Shown: positions 39,659 to 49,727 of the stretch, in pieces
How the letters are laid out: each line of letters opens with the position of its first letter
Numbering within the stretch: position 1 is the stretch's first letter
Source of the DNA: Bacteroidota bacterium
Lineage (GTDB): Bacteria > Bacteroidota > Bacteroidia > Chitinophagales > Chitinophagaceae
Assembly: GCA_947452905.1 (NCBI GenBank)
Contig: CANGEP010000008.1
Coordinates: 18,638-82,637, forward strand
Length of the DNA: 64,000 nt
Reading direction: 5' to 3'
Position numbers and translations under genes: made by a program
The notes under the pieces: generated by a model
Seen by the model: only the letters and a program-made list of their open reading frames with translations
Database searches by the model: none
What the model was told of the DNA's origin: nothing

Positions 39659-40261
39659 TTAATGATCTTTCTTTAAAGAATCCACCATCTTAGTAATGTC
39701 CGACTTTTTCATCTGATTTTTATCGGCATAGTAATTTAAATCCTCCCCTTTTCTTGTATAAATTGCCAATGTAGCCGAAGAGGCAGAGCCTCCAGTAGTT
39801 AAAGAACCGCCAGGGGGAAAATATTTTACTAAAGCCACATCCCTAGGATATAAGTCATATAAAAATTCGGGATCGGACATTTGTTCATCCACATATAATT
39901 TTACCCCACCATCATCAGTAAAAGAATTCACGCGCATGGTAGACAAAACATAATTCCCATTCATTCCCTTGTTAATATATAAACCATTTATTTTACCTCT
40001 TAAGTATTCCATGATAGGCATTAATACATCTGGTGGAGGGTTGTCAATAAAGTCTAAAGTTTTAACATTCACCATACTTCTAAACATGCCGCGAATAATA
40101 TATCGGTCATTAACAATGGCTACATTTGAAGGAAGTTTTTTATTTACTTTAGCTTCTTGAAGCGTAAATTTATTGGCAGTATCTGTATTGGACTGGGCAA
40201 GAACCTCAGGAGCCTGTAATAAAAAAAACAAACCACTTAAAATTGTAAATATACCTTTCAA
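39659..40261 (-). CDS. Exported protein with a TonB-receptor plug-like domain and no beta-barrel
   Basis: Signal peptide; YLRGKINGL...LYVDE...LYPRDVALVKYF...TLAIYTRKG parallels the SusC plug motif; only 200 aa. Confidence 0.6.
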   Translation of the reverse strand: MKGIFTILSGLFFLLQAPEVLAQSNTDTANKFTLQEAKVNKKLPSNVAIVNDRYIIRGMFRSMVNVKTLDFIDNPPPDVLMPIMEYLRGKINGLYINKGMNGNYVLSTMRVNSFTDDGGVKLYVDEQMSDPEFLYDLYPRDVALVKYFPPGGSLTTGGSASSATLAIYTRKGEDLNYYADKNQMKKSDITKMVDSLKKDH

Positions 40262-40344
40262 ACTATTTGCTTCTTGTTATTTAATAATAATACCATTTTT
40301 GTAACTTGTATGACTACTTAAAGTTAACCTTAATACTTGATACT

Positions 40345-41586
40345 ATGCTTACTTCTATAATGGACCATTTAGAGCAACCAGAAATATTGGAAGCCATGTA
40401 TCAACAAAACAAATCGGCTTTTGAGAAAGAATTTGAAATTCAATACCCTTTACACAAAGAAAATAAAGTTTTTCAGTTTTGGCACGCACGTATACATTAT
40501 AAATCAAATAGCCTTCAACTTGGCAGTAAACAAGAGATTGTTTTTATCATTATATGCTCTTTGTTGGCAGGTTTAGTAGCTAATATTCCTAATTATACTG
40601 GCATTAATGAGGAAACATTTTTCTCCAGAAATATTGCGTTTATCGTTTTCCCCTTTCTTAGCGCCTATTATTTATGGAAACAAGAAAAATCTTTATTCAA
40701 AATTCTCCTTGTTACCTTACTAATAATCGTTTCAGCCACCTATATTAATCTAATACCCCATCAAAAAACAGATTCTATTTTTCTAATCTTAATTCACATT
40801 CCCCTATTACTATGGGCTATATTGGGTTATGCATTTTTAGGCAATCAAACATATGACACCCAAAAAAGAATTCAGTTTTTGAGATTCAATGGGGACCTTA
40901 TTGTTACTATAGGAATTATGTTTTTAGCAGGGGTTGTTTTTACGATGATCACTTTTGGTTTGTTCGAATTAATCAATCTAAAAATTGAAACATTTTATAT
41001 AAAAAATATTGCCTCCTGGGGTTTGGCTGCCATTCCAATTATCGCTAATTATTTAATTCATAATAATCCATCGCTCATTAACAAAATATCTCCCACTATT
41101 GCGAAAATTTTTACCCCTTTAGTAACTTTATTGTTGTTGGTTTATTTAGTAGCAGTTTTATATACGGGCAAAAGCCCCTACTCCGATCGTAATTTATTAA
41201 TTGTATTTAATGCACTCTTAATTTTAGTCATGGCGCTAATACTATTTTCTGTTGCCGAAATGGAAAAAAATAAACTAACTAATTTCAAGTTGTTTTTATT
41301 ACTTACACTTTCTTTTATTACCATTCTCATCAATAGTATTGCTCTTTATGCTATTATTCACAGATTGCTCAATTTAGGCATGACCCCTAATAGATTGGCC
41401 GTACTAGGAAGTAACTTGTTTATTTTCTTCAATTTGGTTATAGTGGGAGTAAAATTTTTTCAAATTATACGCAACAATGAGAATTTAGACGCAGTTGAAA
41501 CAACCATTGCCAAGTACTTACCCGTTTACATCGTTTGGATTGTCTTTGTGAGTTTCCTGCTTCCCCTCCTTTTTCAGTTTAAGTAA
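40345..41586 (+). CDS. Multi-pass membrane protein (DUF4153-like)
   Basis: About 10 TM segments; GMTPNRLAVLG and IAKIFTPLV motifs. The start is likely 40345 (ORF track gives 40306). Confidence 0.6.
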   Translation: MLTSIMDHLEQPEILEAMYQQNKSAFEKEFEIQYPLHKENKVFQFWHARIHYKSNSLQLGSKQEIVFIIICSLLAGLVANIPNYTGINEETFFSRNIAFIVFPFLSAYYLWKQEKSLFKILLVTLLIIVSATYINLIPHQKTDSIFLILIHIPLLLWAILGYAFLGNQTYDTQKRIQFLRFNGDLIVTIGIMFLAGVVFTMITFGLFELINLKIETFYIKNIASWGLAAIPIIANYLIHNNPSLINKISPTIAKIFTPLVTLLLLVYLVAVLYTGKSPYSDRNLLIVFNALLILVMALILFSVAEMEKNKLTNFKLFLLLTLSFITILINSIALYAIIHRLLNLGMTPNRLAVLGSNLFIFFNLVIVGVKFFQIIRNNENLDAVETTIAKYLPVYIVWIVFVSFLLPLLFQFK

Positions 41587-41624
41587 AAAATAAGTTCCTA
41601 AATTGCCTTCTTTATATTATTTAT

Positions 41625-41666
41625 AATACATATATATTAGTTACTACTAATCAATATATATGTATT
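41625..41666. repeat. Perfect 14-bp inverted repeat upstream of susC2
   Basis: AATACATATATATT (41625-38), 14-nt spacer, AATATATATGTATT (41653-66). Confidence 0.75.
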
Positions 41667-41790
41667 TAACATGTGATATACTCTTATTATATTGGTAAAT
41701 TCTATGTAAATAATGGCCAAATTACAGGCCGATATCAATATATATTAACAAAACTTTAGTTAATTTAGTCGTTCGAAAAATATAAAAATT

Positions 41791-44784
41791 ATGAGAAAAT
41801 TTGTCGCAATCCTTTTATGCGCAGTTTTGACAGTAACTCAGGTTATGGCTCAAAACAAAACCATAAGAGGTAAGGTTACAGAAGACGGGAAAAAACCTGT
41901 CGCAAATGCCTCTGTCGTTATTAAAGGTTCTACAACTGGAACCAAAACTGACGACCAAGGTAATTATACATTAGCTGTTCCAGCAAATGCAAAAGTATTA
42001 GTTTTTAGTGCCTTAAATTATGAAGCACAAGAAACTAGCATTGGTTCTAAAACTGAAATTAATGTAGTATTAGCTACAACTGTTTCTGAGTTACAACAAG
42101 TAATTGTTACTGGTTATGGTACCACTAAAAAGGCAACTAACACTGGTTCAATCGCTATTGTTAAAGCTGCAGATATTGAAAGTTTACCTTTCAGCTCAGT
42201 TGATAAAGCTTTACAAGGTAAAGTAGCAGGTTTACAATCTGTTGCTGCTTCTGGTCAACCAGGTGCTAGCCAATCTATCTTAATTCGTGGTGCTAGTTCT
42301 ATCAATGCAAGTACTTCACCATTGTGGGTAATTGATGGGGTTCCAGTGAATGCTGGTGACGCTTCTCGTTTACAAACTACTGGAAACTTGTTAAGTACAT
42401 TAAATCCAAATGATATCGAGAGCATCTCTGTCTTAAAAGACGCTGCTTCTCAATCTATCTATGGTAGCCGTGCGGCAAATGGTGTAATCGTGGTAACCAC
42501 TAAAAAAGGTAAAAGCGGTAAAACTAAATTTAGATTTGATACTGAAGTAGGTAACTCTAATGTTGCTTATCAAAACCCTAAATACTTACCATTGGATGCC
42601 AATGAGTACATTAACATTACACGTGAAGGTTTAGTGAATGCTGGTTACCCAACTGCTACTGTAAATGCTCAAGCAATTGCATTAGGAGAAGGTAATGGCA
42701 ATAACTTTAACTGGTATGATCATGTAATGAGAACGGGTCAACAAAAGCAATATAACTTAAGTGCCGAAGGTGGTAACGATAAAACAACTTTCTTCTTATC
42801 AGGTGGTCGTTTCTTCCAAGAAGGTACTTCTATCAACTCTCAATTAGAGAGAAACAACTTGAATGTTAGAATTAACAACAAAGCTACTGATAGATTAAAC
42901 CTTGGTTTTAATATGAATGTGGGTAATGTGAGTCAAAGAGCGCCTTTATCAGGTGGTGCATTTGGTAACCCATTATTAAGTTCTTACTTCTTATTACCTA
43001 CCTATTCTGCTTACAATGCAGATGGCTCATATAACTATGTATTAAACGGTGGTTTACATAATACAGTTGCCTTATCAGAATTAGATAAGCGTTTTTTACG
43101 TCAAACAAGTGCAAGAGGTAGCTTAACTGCTGATTATAAAATTTTAGATAATCTTAAATTTAAATCAGTATACGGTATCGACTATAACAACTTAGAGGAA
43201 GATCAGTACAATAACCCAATTCATGGTGATGGTGCTGCAACAAATGGTCGTGCTTTTGCATACTACACACGTTACTTTAACTATGTTTGGACAAATACTT
43301 TAGATTTCCAACAAAACATTACTCGTAATGGTGACCTTTCTAGCTCTACTCAAATTGGCTATGAAGCACAAAAATCTATGGGTTATTTCTCCTCTTTACA
43401 ATCTCAACAATTTCCTCCATCATTATCTTTAGTTTGGCCTGCATCTGGTGCTAGTCCAACTACTGCAAGTGCAAGTATTTCTGATTATTCATTTGAATCT
43501 CAATTTGCTTCTACCAACTTAAACTATCAAAATAGATTTGTTCTTTCTGCTAGTTTCCGTCGTGATGGATCATCTCGTTTTAGCCCTAATAACAGATACG
43601 GTAATTTCTGGTCTGTGGGTGGTACATGGAATATGGAGAAAGAAAAATTCATGAGCAATCAAAGAATTTTCGATCAATTAAAACTACGTGCTTCTTATGG
43701 TGTGAACGGTAACGCAGGTATTGGTAACTACGATGCTCCTGCTTTATATGGTTTTGGATATAACTATAACCAATTACCAGGTTCGGCTCCAACCAACGTA
43801 GGTGACCCTAATTTAACTTGGGAATTAAACAAACCAATGAACGTGGGTATCGATTTTAGTGTATTAAAAAATCGTATCAATGTAACATTTGATTACTATG
43901 TTAGAAAATCTGAAAACTTATTATTGAGTGTGCCTTTGTCAACCACTTCTGGTTTTTCATCTGCGACTCGTAATATTGGTGCTATGGAAAATAGAGGTAT
44001 TGAACTTTCTATTAATACTGTTCCAGTACAAACCAAAGATTTCCGTTGGGATTTAGATTTCAATTTTGCGAACAACAATAACAAAATTACTAGCTTACCT
44101 AACCACGCTGATATCCTTTCTGGAAACTTTATTATTCGCGAAGGTCAAAGTTTAAATACTTTCTTCCTACGTGAGTGGGCAGGTGTTAACCCAGGTACTG
44201 GTGATCCAATGTGGTACGATAGCGATAAACACGCTGGTTCTACCAATATTTACCCAGGTGCTAGTGCACGTATCTTAGCAGGTCAAGCTTTACCTAAGTT
44301 TTTTGGTTCTTTAACCAATGCACTTACTTATAAAGGCTTTACATTAAGCGCTCAATTGTATTACAACTTTGGCAACCAAGTATTTGATACATGGAGAGGC
44401 TACTACTTAGGTTCTGGTTTTGGTGCTTCTTTCAACAAAGTTAAACGTCAGTTAGATGCTTGGAAAAAACCAGGTGATATTACTGATATACCTAAGTATG
44501 TATACAATGGTAATAAGAGCTTTAATAGTGCTTCAACATTTAACTTAAATGACGGTAGTTTTGTACGTGTTAGAGATATTCAATTAGGTTATAACTTACC
44601 AAAAGCGGTAACTGAAAAATTAAAAATTGGAACTGCTAATTTCTATGTAAGAGGTACTAACTTGTTTACATGGGTTAAGGATAAGAACTTACCATTTGAT
44701 CCAGAGCAAGGTACTTCTAGTGCAACCAACTTGAATGTATTCATCCCTAAAACAGTCACTGTTGGGCTTAGCCTAACTTTCTAA
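41791..44784 (+). CDS. susC: SusC/RagA family TonB-dependent transporter
   Basis: VVTGYGT-like, ALQGKVAGLQ, LNPNDIESISVLKDAASQSIYGSRAANGVIVVTTKKG, NLTWE, C-terminal GLSLTF. Confidence 0.95.
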   Translation: MRKFVAILLCAVLTVTQVMAQNKTIRGKVTEDGKKPVANASVVIKGSTTGTKTDDQGNYTLAVPANAKVLVFSALNYEAQETSIGSKTEINVVLATTVSELQQVIVTGYGTTKKATNTGSIAIVKAADIESLPFSSVDKALQGKVAGLQSVAASGQPGASQSILIRGASSINASTSPLWVIDGVPVNAGDASRLQTTGNLLSTLNPNDIESISVLKDAASQSIYGSRAANGVIVVTTKKGKSGKTKFRFDTEVGNSNVAYQNPKYLPLDANEYINITREGLVNAGYPTATVNAQAIALGEGNGNNFNWYDHVMRTGQQKQYNLSAEGGNDKTTFFLSGGRFFQEGTSINSQLERNNLNVRINNKATDRLNLGFNMNVGNVSQRAPLSGGAFGNPLLSSYFLLPTYSAYNADGSYNYVLNGGLHNTVALSELDKRFLRQTSARGSLTADYKILDNLKFKSVYGIDYNNLEEDQYNNPIHGDGAATNGRAFAYYTRYFNYVWTNTLDFQQNITRNGDLSSSTQIGYEAQKSMGYFSSLQSQQFPPSLSLVWPASGASPTTASASISDYSFESQFASTNLNYQNRFVLSASFRRDGSSRFSPNNRYGNFWSVGGTWNMEKEKFMSNQRIFDQLKLRASYGVNGNAGIGNYDAPALYGFGYNYNQLPGSAPTNVGDPNLTWELNKPMNVGIDFSVLKNRINVTFDYYVRKSENLLLSVPLSTTSGFSSATRNIGAMENRGIELSINTVPVQTKDFRWDLDFNFANNNNKITSLPNHADILSGNFIIREGQSLNTFFLREWAGVNPGTGDPMWYDSDKHAGSTNIYPGASARILAGQALPKFFGSLTNALTYKGFTLSAQLYYNFGNQVFDTWRGYYLGSGFGASFNKVKRQLDAWKKPGDITDIPKYVYNGNKSFNSASTFNLNDGSFVRVRDIQLGYNLPKAVTEKLKIGTANFYVRGTNLFTWVKDKNLPFDPEQGTSSATNLNVFIPKTVTVGLSLTF

Positions 44785-44812
44785 TAAAGTTAAATTCAAA
44801 TAGAAAAAGATT

Positions 44813-46213
44813 ATGAAACGATTTACAATAAAAAATATGATAGTAGCAACAGTGTTGATGCTATCATTTGCTTCTTGTGAAAAGAGCTTCTTGGAATTAC
44901 AACCTCCAACCTCTTTAACACCAGAATATGCATTAGCTACGGAAGCCGATTTACAAGTGGCTTTACGTGGTGCTTATGCAGGTTTAAAAACTACCGGCTT
45001 ATACGGTAGATCTTTACCTGTTTTAGGCGATATCATGGCCGACAATACTTACCAATCTGTATCTAATACTAACCGTTATACAGCGTTTAACTTGTATAAC
45101 TACACAGTTTTAGATGGTGATGTGCAAGCTTTATGGACTAATGCTTACACCGTAATTTTACGTGCCAACAATATCATTAACTCTAGTGTTGCTGATAATG
45201 CTAACGTATTACAATATAAGGGTGAAGCATATGCTATTCGCGCATTAGCTTACTTTAATTTAGTACGTTATTTTGCAACTCCTTATACTCAAGATCCAAC
45301 TGCATTAGGGGTTCCTATTGTAACTACTTACAAAGCAGATTTAAAACCATCAAGAGCAAAAGTGTCTGAAGTATATGACCTTATTAATAAGGACTTAACA
45401 ATGGCAGCTACTATGATGACTAAGTTTACGAACTCTTCTCAGTTTAGTAAATATGCTGCAAAAGCTTTACAAGCTAAAGTATTATTAGCTATGGGCGATA
45501 TGACAAATGCTAAGGCTGTAGCTTTAGATGTTATTGCTAATAGTGGTTTTACTGCAGTAACTGCTGCAGCGCACGCAGGTTATTGGTCAGCTGTTGCACC
45601 TAGGACTGATAAAGTGGAAACTTTATTTGAAGTTTCATTTGATGCAGTTTCTAACAACGGTTTTGATGCCTTAGCTTATATTTACTTACAATCAGGTAAC
45701 TATGGTGATATGTTATGTAACACCGACTTTTATAAAACATTTGACGCTGCAGACGTAAGAAAAGCTTTATATGCAACAGGTACAAGAGGTGGTTTAGCTT
45801 CCGTATTTGTAAACAAGTTTTCTTCCTATAGTGGTGACCATACAGATACTAAAGTGGTTAGATTATCAGAAATGTATTTAATTGCTGCCGAAGCTTCTTA
45901 TCCTTCTAACTCTGCAGATGCTTTAAAATATATCAATGAAGTTACAAGCCGTAGAGGTGCTCCAGCGATCGCTTCTTCAGGTGCTGCTTTATTAGAAGAT
46001 ATCATTGCTGAAAGAAGAAGAGAATTAGCTTTCGAAGGTGAGCGTTATTTAGATATGCAAAGATTAAAGAGAAACATTACTCGTAGCACTGACTACCCAG
46101 CCTCTGCTAGAGCAATTGACTTTGCTAATTTCAGAAGAATAATGCCTATTCCACAAGTGGAATTAGATGCTAATCCTAATATTAGATCTCAACAAAATCC
46201 AGGCTGGAACTAG
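44813..46213 (+). CDS. susD: RagB/SusD family outer-membrane lipoprotein
   Basis: Lipobox SFASC, GEAYAIRALAYFNLVRYF, VRLSEMYLIAAEA, ERRRELAFEGER, QNPGW. Confidence 0.92.
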   Translation: MKRFTIKNMIVATVLMLSFASCEKSFLELQPPTSLTPEYALATEADLQVALRGAYAGLKTTGLYGRSLPVLGDIMADNTYQSVSNTNRYTAFNLYNYTVLDGDVQALWTNAYTVILRANNIINSSVADNANVLQYKGEAYAIRALAYFNLVRYFATPYTQDPTALGVPIVTTYKADLKPSRAKVSEVYDLINKDLTMAATMMTKFTNSSQFSKYAAKALQAKVLLAMGDMTNAKAVALDVIANSGFTAVTAAAHAGYWSAVAPRTDKVETLFEVSFDAVSNNGFDALAYIYLQSGNYGDMLCNTDFYKTFDAADVRKALYATGTRGGLASVFVNKFSSYSGDHTDTKVVRLSEMYLIAAEASYPSNSADALKYINEVTSRRGAPAIASSGAALLEDIIAERRRELAFEGERYLDMQRLKRNITRSTDYPASARAIDFANFRRIMPIPQVELDANPNIRSQQNPGWN

Positions 46214-46233
46214 TATCCAACTGTTACTTTTAC

Positions 46234-46267
46234 ATAAAGGCTGCCCTAAGGCAGCCTTTATTTTTTT
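46234..46267 (+). terminator. Intrinsic terminator of susC2-susD2
   Basis: ATAAAGGCTGCC-ctaa-GGCAGCCTTTAT followed by a U-run. Confidence 0.9.
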
Positions 46268-46328
46268 AACGATTATTTATTTTATAAAATCGATTAAAGC
46301 ATTTAGTTTTAGGTTCTAAAAAAATGGT

Positions 46329-46991
46329 ATGAAAAAAGTTTTTATTGCTCTATTACTTACACTTGCTTTACAAAATGCACAGGCTCAAATATTACAATTA
46401 CAAGATCCTGTATCAAGTAAAAACTTTAATTCAGATAAGTATGCTGGCATAAGAGGTACCCCTTTTTTACAAGACAAATGGAATCGTGGAATAGTCATTA
46501 CTAATAATGGCGTGTACAACGACTTGGAATTAAAAATAGACCTATTTGATAGTAAAGTATATTTTAATAAAAACGAGGATCCTTTTGAGTTATTAGATCC
46601 CATTGTTGGATTAAAATTATATCCCAAATGGCCCGATACCAGTGCCGCAATTTCTTTTATGAGAGGAATTAATCAAAACGGAATTAAGCCCGAACAATAT
46701 GTACAAATATTAGTAGGCTCAGGAGCTATTCAGTTTTATCGTTCCGATATTAAACAATTATCTGAGATGAGTGAAATTAATGCAGGTATGGTAAAAACAT
46801 TTGCCAATACCAGCAGATATTATATTAAAAAAGGTGACCAATATAAATTAATAAAACTGGCAAAGGAAGAGGTTGTTCCTTTTTTACAAGACAAAGAAGA
46901 AGCCGTTAACGGAATTATTGCCGATCAAAAATTAAACTTAAAAAAAGAGGGTGATATTGTAAAATTATTACAAGCTTACAATCGTCTTTAA
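46329..46991 (+). CDS. Exported hypothetical protein
   Basis: Signal peptide; GTPFLQDKW...LKIDLFD pattern resembles Bacteroidota hypothetical proteins (from recall). Overlaps the convergent GNAT gene by 24 bp. Confidence 0.75.
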   Translation: MKKVFIALLLTLALQNAQAQILQLQDPVSSKNFNSDKYAGIRGTPFLQDKWNRGIVITNNGVYNDLELKIDLFDSKVYFNKNEDPFELLDPIVGLKLYPKWPDTSAAISFMRGINQNGIKPEQYVQILVGSGAIQFYRSDIKQLSEMSEINAGMVKTFANTSRYYIKKGDQYKLIKLAKEEVVPFLQDKEEAVNGIIADQKLNLKKEGDIVKLLQAYNRL

Positions 46992-47525
46992 AATATACAT
47001 TCCTCTGTATTCGGGTTTCATAAGCGTAAATACTTTATCGGGTAATCTATATTCCCCTACAATTTTGTAGCCATGTTTTTCATAAAAAGCCAATGCTTTA
47101 TGGGCACTGTCCATGGCTTTTAAAACAATATGCTTTTTATGATATTGCTTTGCTAATTTCATGGTAAAGTTCATAAGTAAACTACCTATGCCCTTTTGAA
47201 TAGCATTTACATCTATATAAATTCTTTCGAGTTCCATGGTGTTGACAGGATCAAAATCCTTGATACTAGTGCAAATATTTATTTTTAAATACGCTACCGC
47301 TTTTTCATGATCATACACGATATAGTGTAAGTTATTGGGATCTTGAAGCTCTTGGGTGATCTTTTCTACAGGATATGCATATTCATTAATATACCAATCT
47401 ATGCCCCCTTCATTCCATAAATAAGGATAATGTGGGGGATAAATTTTTTTAGCCAATTCACTTAATTCATTGGCTTGCTTTTCATCAATTGATTGAATAT
47501 GAATGGTATCCATCATTGCCTGCAA
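46968..47525 (-). CDS. GNAT family N-acetyltransferase (PaiA-like)
   Basis: ELERIYI, QKGIGSLL (motif A), ALAFYEKHGY. The start may be 47516 or 47513. Confidence 0.85.
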   Translation of the reverse strand: MQAMMDTIHIQSIDEKQANELSELAKKIYPPHYPYLWNEGGIDWYINEYAYPVEKITQELQDPNNLHYIVYDHEKAVAYLKINICTSIKDFDPVNTMELERIYIDVNAIQKGIGSLLMNFTMKLAKQYHKKHIVLKAMDSAHKALAFYEKHGYKIVGEYRLPDKVFTLMKPEYRGMYILKTIVSL

Positions 47526-47527
47526 AT

Positions 47528-48223
47528 CTATAACTTAATAGTGCTCATGCCACCATCTACATGTAAAACCTGGCCTGTTATCCAACCCGATTTATTAGAT
47601 AATAAAAAGCAAGTCATCTCGGCAATGTCTTCGGCTTTCCCTACTCTTTTTAATGGATGCCTTTGGGCATTGGCCTCTAGTTTTTGTTCGCTGTTCAATA
47701 AACTGGCAGCTAAAGGGGTATCGGTTAAAGAGGGCGCAATACAATTTACTCTTATTGTGGGTGCTAATTCGGCAGATAAGGCTTTAGTCAGTCCTTCAAT
47801 AGCACCTTTACTTACAGCTACTTGAGTATGAAAATTAAGCCCCAATTGAGCTGCCACTGTAGAATATAAAATAATAGAGGCATTACCTGATGCTTTTAAA
47901 GCTGGCAATGCGGCTTGTATAATTTTAATAGCTCCCACTACTTGTAAATTAAAATCATTGGTAAAATCGGCCCCCTGAATTCTGGCAAAAGGTCTTAAAT
48001 TTATCGATCCAGGACAGTATACTAATCCATCCAAACTAGCAGGTAAAAAACTTAGATCAATTGTATCAGCTTGAACATTTAAAAAATGGGCTGATAAATG
48101 ATTACTGGACACAATAGGATGGGTATTGTAAGTAGCAAATACCTGGTGACCTTCGTTTTGCAATTGTGTTGCAACAGCACTACCTATTCCTGAGGAAGCG
48201 CCAATAATTAAGAAATTACCCAT
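47528..48223 (-). CDS. SDR family oxidoreductase
   Basis: IIGASSGIG, IRVNCIAP, WITGQVLHVDGG. The start is likely 48223 (ORF track gives 48259). Confidence 0.88.
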   Translation of the reverse strand: MGNFLIIGASSGIGSAVATQLQNEGHQVFATYNTHPIVSSNHLSAHFLNVQADTIDLSFLPASLDGLVYCPGSINLRPFARIQGADFTNDFNLQVVGAIKIIQAALPALKASGNASIILYSTVAAQLGLNFHTQVAVSKGAIEGLTKALSAELAPTIRVNCIAPSLTDTPLAASLLNSEQKLEANAQRHPLKRVGKAEDIAEMTCFLLSNKSGWITGQVLHVDGGMSTIKL

Positions 48224-48325
48224 AATGATTGATTGTTCTCTATTAACAAGTTTACACACAAAAGGTTGATTATTTAAATAATAAGTTCTTGAATTTTAAC
48301 TAAATTGAAGGGTAAATCATTCAAT

Positions 48326-49726
48326 ATGAAAAATAACGATGCTAACTCTCGAAGAAAATTTCTTCAACAAATTGGTGCCACAAGTTTATTAGCCGCTGCT
48401 ACGCCTTTTGCTTCTATGGCGAGCAATGCCAAAGCCGAAGAACGTTTATTAATTTATGACAGAAAGATTACCGCTAATGATAGAATTAGAATTGGCGTAA
48501 TTGGTTATGGCGTGCAAGGGCATTTTGATTTAAGAACCGCATTAAAAGTACCCGGAGTTGAACTTGCTGGTATATGTGATTTATACCAAGGTAGATTAGT
48601 GAATGCGAAAGAGCAATTTGGAGAACAATTATTTACCACAAATAATTACAAAGATCTTTTAAATAGAAGCGATATTGATGCTGTACTAATTTGCACTACC
48701 GATGTTTGGCACGCGCGCATTACCTTGGATGCTTTAGCTAAAGGCAAACATGTGTATTGCGAAAAACCCATGGTATTTAAAATTAATGAAGGCTACCCGG
48801 TAATAGAAGCTGCTAAAAAATCGGGCAAAGTAGTACAGGTGGGTAGTCAAAGAGTAAGTAGTATTGGCTATTTAAAAGCAAAAGAACTATTAGCCGCTGG
48901 TGAAATTGGAGAATTAAATATGGTGAACGCCGTATATGACAGACAAAGTTCTATAGGTGCTTGGGAATATACCATTCCTAAAGATGCAAATGCCCTTACA
49001 ACCAACTGGGATAAATTTATCGAAGCCACCGAAAAAATGGAATTTGATGCAAAAAAGTTTTTCTGGTGGAGAGCTTTTAAAGAAGTGGGCACTGGTGTGG
49101 CGGGTGATTTATTTATTCATTTATTAAGTGGCACCCATTTAATCACAGGCTCTAAAGGCCCTGAAAGTATTTTTAGCACTGGTCAATTTAGTTATTGGAA
49201 AGATGGTAGAAACTTACCTGATGTAATGTCGGGTGTTTTGCAATATCCAAAAACAAAAGAGCATGCTGCCTTCTTAATGACCCTTCAAGTTAATTTTATT
49301 AGCGGAACAGGTGGTCAAGAAATTATTCGATTGATAGGTTCTGAAGGGGTGATCGAAGTAAACGGTAATAACATTTCAGTAAAACACAGCTTAATGCCTG
49401 AGGCACCTGGTTTCGGAGGTTATGATTCCTTATTTACTTTCTCTAAAAGTATGCAAGAAGAGATGCAAAAAGACTATAACGCTAAATGGACGGCAGAGCA
49501 ACAAAAAAGAAAAACCAAAAGCGATATCATTTTTAAGGCACCAGCAGGATACGACGACCATTTAGATCACTTCACTAATTTCTTTGACTCCATTAGAACA
49601 GGTAAGCCAGTAGTTGAAGATGCTGAATTTGGTTTTAGAGCAGCAGCTCCTGCCTTATCTTGTAACGAAAGTTATTTGACAAAGAAAATTATTGGATGGG
49701 ATCCGGTAAATATGAAACTTAAGTAA
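48326..49726 (+). CDS. Gfo/Idh/MocA family oxidoreductase with a Tat signal peptide
   Basis: SRRKFLQ twin-arginine motif, GVIGYGVQG, HVYCEKP, QVGSQR. The start is likely 48326. Confidence 0.88.
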   Translation: MKNNDANSRRKFLQQIGATSLLAAATPFASMASNAKAEERLLIYDRKITANDRIRIGVIGYGVQGHFDLRTALKVPGVELAGICDLYQGRLVNAKEQFGEQLFTTNNYKDLLNRSDIDAVLICTTDVWHARITLDALAKGKHVYCEKPMVFKINEGYPVIEAAKKSGKVVQVGSQRVSSIGYLKAKELLAAGEIGELNMVNAVYDRQSSIGAWEYTIPKDANALTTNWDKFIEATEKMEFDAKKFFWWRAFKEVGTGVAGDLFIHLLSGTHLITGSKGPESIFSTGQFSYWKDGRNLPDVMSGVLQYPKTKEHAAFLMTLQVNFISGTGGQEIIRLIGSEGVIEVNGNNISVKHSLMPEAPGFGGYDSLFTFSKSMQEEMQKDYNAKWTAEQQKRKTKSDIIFKAPAGYDDHLDHFTNFFDSIRTGKPVVEDAEFGFRAAAPALSCNESYLTKKIIGWDPVNMKLK

Positions 49727-49727
49727 G

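Noticed and set aside
41625-41666. Invertible (phase-variable) promoter
   Set aside because: The 14-nt spacer is far too short to hold a promoter or be inverted, and no recombinase is in the window.
36495-41768. Shared TAATTTAG element and TTAAC motifs upstream of susC1 and susC2 as a special regulon
   Set aside because: A TAnnTTAG variant also occurs upstream of the MBL gene, the TTAAC spacing differs between the two promoters, and such words are common in AT-rich DNA.
48270-48281. Palindrome TTATTTAAATAA in the divergent SDR/oxidoreductase promoter
   Set aside because: Pure A/T 12-mer, expected by chance at this base composition.
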